From Auanema rhodensis (lineage: Eukaryota > Animalia > Nematoda), in assembly GCA_964057225.1 (NCBI GenBank), contig OZ059894.1, forward strand, positions 3,038,001-3,102,000: a stretch of 64,000 nucleotides of DNA. The letters are read 5' to 3'. Position 1 is the stretch's first letter, and each line of letters begins with the position of its first letter. This document shows positions 54,501 through 64,000 of the stretch, in pieces. The position numbers were made by a program, and so were the translations under genes. The notes beneath the pieces are model-generated. The model was not told the origin of the DNA. It searched no databases and worked only from the letters and a program-made list of their open reading frames with translations.

Positions 54501-57500
54501 ATCGTCTTTGCCTTGAAAAAAGGAATCTAAAAACATCTACTTTTCGCTAAATTATTTTGAAATTTTTCGAAAAAATTTTTGTCAAAATGTTTTTGGAAGC
54601 AATGTTGAGTGTACATGGAAACTCAACATACACTAATGCATCATTTTTCAAACAATCATAACTAATTTTTGTATTAAGCGTTTTTCAATGTAGTATAGTG
54701 CATTCGATGCGGATTTTTAAGCTGCGTCGATCTGTGTTATCCGATTTGCGCTAGCTGAAAAATGCACCGAGATATCAACTGATATAAGTTCACACTTATA
54801 TCCTCGATTTTCACCCTGAAGAATTAATTTTTTCGTTGAATAACATTGTCCATCGTCTTTGCCTTGAAAAAAAGAATCTAAAAACATCTACTTTTTGCTA
54901 AATTATTTTGAAATTTTTCGAAAAAATTTTTGTCAAAATGTTTTTGGAAGCAATGTTGAGTGTACATGGAAACTCAACATACACTAATGCATCATTTTTC
55001 AAACGATCATAACTAATTTTTGTATTGAGCGTTTTTCAATGTAGTATAGTGCATTCGATGCGGATTTTTAAGCTGCGTCGATCTGTGTTATCCGATTTGC
55101 GCTAGCTGAAAAATGCACCGAGATATCAACTGATATAAGTTCACACTTATATCCTCGATTTTCACCCTGAAGAATTAATTTTTTCGTTGAATAACATTGT
55201 CCATCGTCTTTGCCTTGAAAAAAAGAATCTAAAAACATCTACTTTTTGCTAAATTATTTTGAAATTTTTCGAAAAAATTTTTGTCAAAATGTTTTTGGAA
55301 GCAATGTTGAGTGTACATGGAAACTCAACATACACTAATGCATCATTTTTCAAACGATCATAACTAATTTTTGTATTAAGCGTTTTTTAATGTAGTATAG
55401 TGCATTCGATGCGGATTTTCAAGCTGCGTCGATCTGTGTTATCAGATTTGAGCTAGCTTAAAAATGCACCGAGATATCAACTGATATAAGTTCACACTTA
55501 TATCCTCGATTTTCACCCTGAAGAATTAATTTTTTCGATGAATAACATTGTCCATCGTCTTTGCCTTGAAAAAAGGAGTCTAAAAACATCTACTTTTCGC
55601 TAAATTATTTTGAAATTTTTCGAAAAAATTTTTGTCAAAATGTTTTTGGAAGCAATGTTGAGTGTACATGGAAACTCAACATACACTAATGCATCATTTT
55701 TCAAACAATCATAACTAATTTTTGTATTAAGCGTTTTTCAATGTAGTATAGTGCATTCGATGCGGATTTTTAAGCTGCGTCGATCTGTGTTATCCGATTT
55801 GCGCTAGCTGAAAAATGCAACGAGATATCAACTGATATAAGTTCACACTTATATCCTCGATTTTCACCCTGAAGAATTAATTTTTTCGTTGAATAACATT
55901 GTCCATCGTCTTTGCCTTGAAAAAAAGAATCTAAAAACATCTACTTTTTGCTAAATTATTTTGAAATTTTTCGAAAAAATTTTTGTCAAAATGTTTTTGG
56001 AAGCAATGTTGAGTGTACATGGAAACTCAACATACACTAATGCATCATTTTTCAAACAATCATAACTAATTTTTGTATTGAGCGTTTTTCAATGTAGTAT
56101 AGTGCATTCGATGCGGATTTTCAAGCTGCGTCGATCTGTGTTATCAGATTTGCGCTAGCTTAAAAATGCACCGAGATATCAACTGATATAAGTTCACACT
56201 TATATCCTCGATTTTCACCCTGAAGAATTAATTTTTTCGTTGAATAACATTGTCCATCGTCTTTGCCTTGAAAAAAGGAATCTAAAAACATCTACTTTTC
56301 GCTAAATTATTTTGAAATTTTTCGAAAAAATTTTTGTCAAAATGTTTTTGGAAGCAATGTTGAGTGTACATGGAAACTCAACATACACTAATGCATCATT
56401 TTTCAAACAATCATAACTAATTTTTGTATTAAGCGTTTTTCAATGTAGTATAGTGCATTCGATGCGGATTTTTAAGCTGCGTCGATCTGTGTTATCCGAT
56501 TTGCGCTAGCTGAAAAATGCAACGAGATATCAACTGATATAAGTTCACACTTATATCCTCGATTTTCACCCTGAAGAATTAATTTTTTCGTTGAATAACA
56601 TTGTCCATCGTCTTTGCCTTGAAAAAAAAAATCTAAAAACATCTACTTTTTGCTGAATTATTTTGAAATTTTTCGAAAAAATTTTTGTCAAAATGTTTTT
56701 GGAAGCAATGTTGAGTGTACATGGAAACTCAACATACACTAATGCATCATTTTTCAAACAATCATAACTAATTTTTGTATTGAGCGTTTTTCAATGTAGT
56801 ATAGTGCATTCGATGCGGATTTTTAAGCTGCGTCGAGCTGTGTTATCAGATTTGCGCTAGCTTAAAAATGCACCGAGATATCAACTGATATAAGTTCACA
56901 CATATATCCTCGATTTTCACCCTGAAGAATTAATTTTTTCGTTGAATAACATTGTCCATCGTCTTTGCCTTGAAAAAAGGAATCTAAAAACATCTACTTT
57001 TCGCTAAATTATTTTGAAATTTTTCGAAAAAATTTTTGTCAAAATGTTTTTGGAAGCAATGTTGAGTGTACATGGAAACTCAACATACACTAATGCATCA
57101 TTTTTCAAACAATCATAACTAATTTTTGTATTAAGCGTTTTTCAATGTAGTATAGTGCATTCGATGCGGATTTTCAAGCTGCGTCGATCTGTGTTATCAG
57201 ATTTGCGCTAGCTTAAAAATGCACCGAGATATCAACTGATATAAGTTCACACTTATATCCTCGATTTTCACCCTGAAGAATTAATTTTTTCGATGAATAA
57301 CATTGTCCATCGTCTTTGCCTTGAAAAAAGGAGTCTAAAAACATCTACTTTTCGCTAAATTATTTTGAAATTTTTCGAAAAAATTTTTGTCAAAATGTTT
57401 TTGGAAGCAATGTTGAGTGTACATGGAAACTCAACATACACTAATGCATCATTTTTCAAACAATCATAACTAATTTTTGTATTAAGCGTTTTTCAATGTA

Positions 57501-57561
57501 GTATAGTGCATTCGATGCGGATTTTTAAGCTGCGTCGATCTGTGTTATCCGATTTGTGCTA

Positions 57562-60500
57562 GCTGAAAAATGCACCGAGATATCAACTGATATAAGTTCA
57601 CACTTATATCCTCGATTTTCACCCTGAAGAATTAATTTTTTCGATGAATAACATTGTCCATCGTCTTTGCCTTGAAAAAAGGAATCTAAAAACATCTACT
57701 TTTCGCTAAATTATTTTGAAATTTTTCGAAAAAATTTTTGTCAAAATGTTTTTGGAAGCAATGTTGAGTGTACATGGAAACTCAACATACACTAATGCAT
57801 CATTTTTCAAACAATCATAACTAATTTTTGTATTAAGCGTTTTTCAATGTAGTATAGTGCATTCGATGCGGATTTTTAAGCTGCGTCGAGCTGTGTTATC
57901 CGATTTGCGCTAGCTTAAAAATGCACCGAGATATCAACTGATATAAGTTCACACTTATATCCTCGATTTTCACCCTGAAGAATTAATTTTTTCGTTGAAT
58001 AACATTGTCCATCGTCTTTGCCTTGAAAAAAAAATCTAAAAACATCTACTTTTTGCTAAATTATTTTGAAATTTTTCGAAAAAATTTTTTTCAAAATGTT
58101 TTTGGAAGCAATGTTGAGTGTACATGGAAACTCAACATACACTAATGCATCATTTTTCAAACGATCATAACTAATTTTTGTATTGAGCGTTTTTCAATGT
58201 AGTATAGTGCATTCGATGCGGATTTTTAAGCTGCGTCGAGCTGTGTTATCAGATTTGCGCTAGCTTAAAAATGCACCGAGATATCAACTGATATAAGTTC
58301 ACACATATATCCTCGATTTTCACCCTGAAGAATTAATTTTTTCGTTGAATAACATTGTCCATCGTCTTTGCCTTGAAAAAAGGAATCTAAAAACATCTAC
58401 TTTTCGCTAAATTATTTTGAAATTTTTCGAAAAAATTTTTGTCAAAATGTTTTTGGAAGCAATGTTGAGTGTACATGGAAACTCAACATACACTAATGCA
58501 TCATTTTTCAAACGATCATAACTAATTTTTGTATTAAGCGTTTTTTAATGTAGTATAGTGCATTCGATGCGGATTTTTAAGCTGCGTCGATCTGTGTTAT
58601 CCGATTTGCGCTAGCTGAAAAATGCACCGAGATATCAACTGATATAAGTTCACACTTATATCCTCGATTTTCACCCTGAAGAATTAATTTTTTCGTTGAA
58701 TAACATTGTCCATCGTCTTTGCCTTGAAAAAAAAAATCTAAAAACATCTACTTTTTGCTAAATTATTTTGAAATTTTTCGAAAAAATTTTTTTCAAAATG
58801 TTTTTGGAAGCAATGTTGAGTGTACATGGAAACTCAACATACACTAATGCATCATTTTTCAAACGATCATAACTAATTTTTGTATTGAGCGTTTTTCAAT
58901 GTAGTATAGTGCATTCGATGCGGATTTTTAAGCTGCGTCGAGCTGTGTTATCAGATTTGCGCTAGCTTAAAAATGCACCGAGATATCAACTGATATAAGT
59001 TCACACATATATCCTCGATTTTCACCCTGAAGAATTAATTTTTTCGTTGAATAACATTGTCCATCGTCTTTGCCTTGAAAAAAGGAATCTAAAAACATCT
59101 ACTTTTCGCTAAATTATTTTGAAATTTTTCGAAAAAATTTTTGTCAAAATGTTTTTGGAAGCAATGTTGAGTGTACATGGAAACTCAACATACACTAATG
59201 CATCATTTTTCAAACGATCATAACTAATTTTTGTATTAAGCGTTTTTCAATGTAGTATAGTGCATTCGATGCGGATTTTTAAGCTGCGTCGATCTGTGTT
59301 ATCCGATTTGCGCTAGCTGAAAAATGCACCGAGATATCAACTGATATAAGTTCACACTTATATCCTCGATTTTCACCCTGAAGAATTAATTTTTTCGATG
59401 AATAACATTGTCCATCGTCTTTGCCTTGAAAAAAGGAATCTAAAAACATCTACTTTTCGCTAAATTATTTTGAAATTTTTCGAAAAAATTTTTGTCAAAA
59501 TGTTTTTGGAAGCAATGTTGAGTGTACATGGAAACTCAACATACACTAATGCATCATTTTTCAAACAATCATAACTAATTTTTGTATTAAGCGTTTTTCA
59601 ATGTAGTATAGTGCATTCGATGCGGATTTTTAAGCTGCGTCGAGCTGTGTTATCCGATTTGCGCTAGCTTAAAAATGCACCGAGATATCAACTGATATAA
59701 GTTCACACTTATATCCTCGATTTTCACCCTGAAGAATTAATTTTTTCGTTGAATAACATTGTCCATCGTCTTTGCCTTGAAAAAAAAATCTAAAAACATC
59801 TACTTTTTGCTAAATTATTTTGAAATTTTTCGAAAAAATTTTTTTCAAAATGTTTTTGGAAGCAATGTTGAGTGTACATGGAAACTCAACATACACTAAT
59901 GCATCATTTTTCAAACGATCATAACTAATTTTTGTATTGAGCGTTTTTCAATGTAGTATAGTGCATTCGATGCGGATTTTTAAGCTGCGTCGAGCTGTGT
60001 TATCAGATTTGCGCTAGCTTAAAAATGCACCGAGATATCAACTGATATAAGTTCACACATATATCCTCGATTTTCACCCTGAAGAATTAATTTTTTCGTT
60101 GAATAACATTGTCCATCGTCTTTGCCTTGAAAAAAGGAATCTAAAAACATCTACTTTTCGCTAAATTATTTTGAAATTTTTCGAAAAAATTTTTGTCAAA
60201 ATGTTTTTGGAAGCAATGTTGAGTGTACATGGAAACTCAACATACACTAATGCATCATTTTTCAAACGATCATAACTAATTTTTGTATTAAGCGTTTTTC
60301 AATGTAGTATAGTGCATTCGATGCGGATTTTTAAGCTGCGTCGATCTGTGTTATCCGATTTGCGCTAGCTGAAAAATGCACCGAGATATCAACTGATATA
60401 AGTTCACACTTATATCCTCGATTTTCACCCTGAAGAATTAATTTTTTCGTTGAATAACATTGTCCATCGTCTTTGCCTTGAAAAAAAAAATCTAAAAACA

Positions 60501-61069
60501 TCTACTTTTTGCTAAATTATTTTGAAATTTTTCGAAAAAATTTTTTTCAAAATGTTTTTGGAAGCAATGTTGAGTGTACATGGAAACTCAACATACACTA
60601 ATGCATCATTTTTCAAACGATCATAACTAATTTTTGTATTGAGCGTTTTTCAATGTAGTATAGTGCATTCGATGCGGATTTTTAAGCTGCGTCGAGCTGT
60701 GTTATCAGATTTGCGCTAGCTTAAAAATGCACCGAGATATCAACTGATATAAGTTCACACATATATCCTCGATTTTCACCCTGAAGAATTAATTTTTTCG
60801 TTGAATAACATTGTCCATCGTCTTTGCCTTGAAAAAAGGAATCTAAAAACATCTACTTTTCGCTAAATTATTTTGAAATTTTTCGAAAAAATTTTTGTCA
60901 AAATGTTTTTGGAAGCAATGTTGAGTGTACATGGAAACTCAACATACACTAATGCATCATTTTTCAAACGATCATAACTAATTTTTGTATTAAGCGTTTT
61001 TCAATGTAGTATAGTGCATTCGATGCGGATTTTCAAGCTGCGTCGATCTGTGTTATCAGATTTGCGCTA
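57562..61069. repeat. Local 5-monomer (1754-bp) tandem duplication
   Basis: The rare haplotype GAGCTG..TCCGA..GCTTA occurs at 57890 and 59644. The 1-bp A-run deletion occurs at 58026 and 59780. Both recur at +1754. Confidence 0.85.
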
Positions 61070-64000
61070 GCTTAAAAATGCACCGAGATATCAACTGATA
61101 TAAGTTCACACTTATATCCTCGATTTTCACCCTGAAGAATTAATTTTTTCGTTGAATAACATTGTCCATCGTCTTTGCCTTGAAAAAAGGAATCTAAAAA
61201 CATCTACTTTTCGCTAAATTATTTTGAAATTTTTCGAAAAAATTTTTGTCAAAATGTTTTTGGAAGCAATGTTGAGTGTACATGGAAACTCAACATACAC
61301 TAATGCATCATTTTTCAAACAATCATAACTAATTTTTGTATTAAGCGTTTTTCAATGTAGTATAGTGCATTCGATGCGGATTTTTAAGCTGCGTCGATCT
61401 GTGTTATCCGATTTGCGCTAGCTGAAAAATGCACCGAGATATCAACTGATATAAGTTCACACTTATATCCTCGATTTTCACCCTGAAGAATTAATTTTTT
61501 CGTTGAATAACATTGTCCATCGTCTTTGCTTTGAAGAAAGGAATCTAAAAACATCTACTTTTTGCTAAATTATTCTGAAATTTTTCGAAAAAATTTTTGT
61601 CAAAATGTTTTTGGAAGCAATGTTGAGTGTACATGGAAACTCAACATACACTAATGCATCATTTTTCAAACGATCATAACTAATTTTTGTATTAAGCGTT
61701 TTTCAATGTAGTATAGTGCATTCGATGCGGATTTTCAAGCTGCGTCGATCTGTGTTATCAGATTTGCGCTAGCTTAAAAATGCACCGAGATATCAACTGA
61801 TATAAGTTCACACTTATATCCTCGATTTTCACCCTGAAGAATTAATTTTTTCGATGAATAACATTGTCCATCGTCTTTGCCTTGAAAAAAGGAATCTAAA
61901 AACATCTACTTTTCGCTAAATTATTTTGAAATTTTTCGAAAAAATTTTTGTCAAAATGTTTTTGGAAGCAATGTTGAGTGTACATGGAAACTCAACATAC
62001 ACTAATGCATCATTTTTCAAACAATCATAACTAATTTTTGTATTAAGCGTTTTTCAATGTAGTATAGTGCATTCAATGCGGATTTTTAAGCTGCGTCGAT
62101 CTGTGTTATCCGATTTGCGCTAGCTGAAAAATGCAACGAGATATCAACTGATATAAGTTCACACTTATATCCTCGATTTTCACCCTGAAGAATTAATTTT
62201 TTCGTTGAATAACATTGTCCATCGTCTTTGCCTTGAAAAAAAAAATCTAAAAACATCTACTTTTTGCTAAATTATTTTGAAATTTTTCGAAAAAATTTTT
62301 GTCAAAATGTTTTTGGAAGCAATGTTGAGTGTACATGGAAACTCAACATACACTAATGCATCATTTTTCAAACGATCATAACTAATTTTTGTATTAAGCG
62401 TTTTTTAATGTAGTATAGTGCATTCGATGCGGATTTTTAAGCTGCGTCGATCTGTGTTATCCGATTTGCGCTAGCTGAAAAATGCACCGAGATATCAACT
62501 GATATAAGTTCACACTTATATCCTCGATTTTCACCCTGAAGAATTAATTTTTTCGTTGAATAACATTGTCCATCGTCTTTGCCTTGAAAAAAAGAATCTA
62601 AAAACATCTACTTTTTGCTAAATTATTTTGAAATTTTTCGAAAAAATTTTTGTCAAAATGTTTTTGGAAGCAATGTTGAGTGTACATGGAAACTCAACAT
62701 ACACTAATGCATCATTTTTCAAACGATCATAACTAATTTTTGTATTAAGCGTTTTTTAATGTAGTATAGTGCATTCGATGCGGATTTTCAAGCTGCGTCG
62801 ATCTGTGTTATCAGATTTGAGCTAGCTTAAAAATGCACCGAGATATCAACTGATATAAGTTCACACTTATATCCTCGATTTTCACCCTGAAGAATTAATT
62901 TTTTCGATGAATAACATTGTCCATCGTCTTTGCCTTGAAAAAAGGAGTCTAAAAACATCTACTTTTCGCTAAATTATTTTGAAATTTTTCGAAAAAATTT
63001 TTGTCAAAATGTTTTTGGAAGCAATGTTGAGTGTACATGGAAACTCAACATACACTAATGCATCATTTTTCAAACAATCATAACTAATTTTTGTATTAAG
63101 CGTTTTTCAATGTAGTATAGTGCATTCGATGCGGATTTTCAAGCTGCGTCGATCTGTGTTATCAGATTTGCGCTAGCTTAAAAATGCACCGAGATATCAA
63201 CTGATATAAGTTCACACTTATATCCTCGATTTTCACCCTGAAGAATTAATTTTTTCGTTGAATAACATTGTCCATCGTCTTTGCCTTGAAAAAAGGAATC
63301 TAAAAACATCTACTTTTCGCTAAATTATTTTGAAATTTTTCGAAAAAATTTTTGTCAAAATGTTTTTGGAAGCAATGTTGAGTGTACATGGAAACTCAAC
63401 ATACACTAATGCATCATTTTTCAAACAATCATAACTAATTTTTGTATTAAGCGTTTTTCAATGTAGTATAGTGCATTCGATGCGGATTTTTAAGCTGCGT
63501 CGATCTGTGTTATCCGATTTGCGCTAGCTGAAAAATGCACCGAGATATCAACTGATATAAGTTCACACTTATATCCTCGATTTTCACCCTGAAGAATTAA
63601 TTTTTTCGTTGAATAACATTGTCCATCGTCTTTGCTTTGAAGAAAGGAATCTAAAAACATCTACTTTTTGCTAAATTATTCTGAAATTTTTCGAAAAAAT
63701 TTTTGTCAAAATGTTTTTGGAAGCAATGTTGAGTGTACATGGAAACTCAACATACACTAATGCATCATTTTTCAAACGATCATAACTAATTTTTGTATTA
63801 AGCGTTTTTCAATGTAGTATAGTGCATTCGATGCGGATTTTCAAGCTGCGTCGATCTGTGTTATCAGATTTGCGCTAGCTTAAAAATGCACCGAGATATC
63901 AACTGATATAAGTTCACACTTATATCCTCGATTTTCACCCTGAAGAATTAATTTTTTCGATGAATAACATTGTCCATCGTCTTTGCCTTGAAAAAAGGAA

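Larger units (their letters stand above)
1..64000. repeat. Satellite DNA array: 351-bp monomer, about 182.3 head-to-tail copies, highly homogeneous; extends beyond both window edges
   Basis: GCT(G/T)AAAAATGCACCGAGAT recurs at 1, 352, 703 and exactly every 20 units (7021, 14041, 21061, 28081, 35101, 42121). The final unit starts at 63878 = 182x351+1-5, matching five 1-bp deletions. Units differ at only a few substitutions. Confidence 0.99.

Noticed and set aside
43582-56757. Four copies of a 63-aa minus-strand ORF (43582, 44284, 45687, 56566)
   Set aside because: Created by one A>G variant at monomer position 147 (minus-strand TAG to CAG) spread by block duplication. The F/K/I/N-rich sequence is what A/T runs translate to, and there is no gene context.
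1-64000. CRISPR array or other repeat-spacer system
   Set aside because: No unique spacers; the entire 351-bp period is repeated, and no cas or other genes are present.

Overview
The whole 64 kb window is one uninterrupted head-to-tail tandem array of a 351-bp AT-rich monomer (about 31% GC by hand count of monomer 1). It holds 182 complete units (1-63877) plus a 123-bp partial unit, all in the same orientation. It looks like eukaryotic satellite DNA of centromeric or heterochromatic type, but I cannot assign it to a named family or organism. I see no genes, RNA genes, transposon insertions, CRISPR spacers or inversions. The five listed ORFs arise from single-base variants that remove a stop codon in the monomer. 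The points of interest are: (i) a monomer rich in dyad symmetries, including a stem that closes fully only with G-U pairs on the + strand; (ii) a readable record of array evolution, with variant 'layers' and nested block duplications at offsets of 1, 2, 3, 4, 5, 6, 7, 11, 18, 21, 31 and 55 monomers rather than one fixed higher-order repeat; (iii) near-absolute length conservation, with only five 1-bp deletions, all in the same A-run. I did not find evidence for a novel protein-coding system. Variant positions were read by eye and need computational confirmation.
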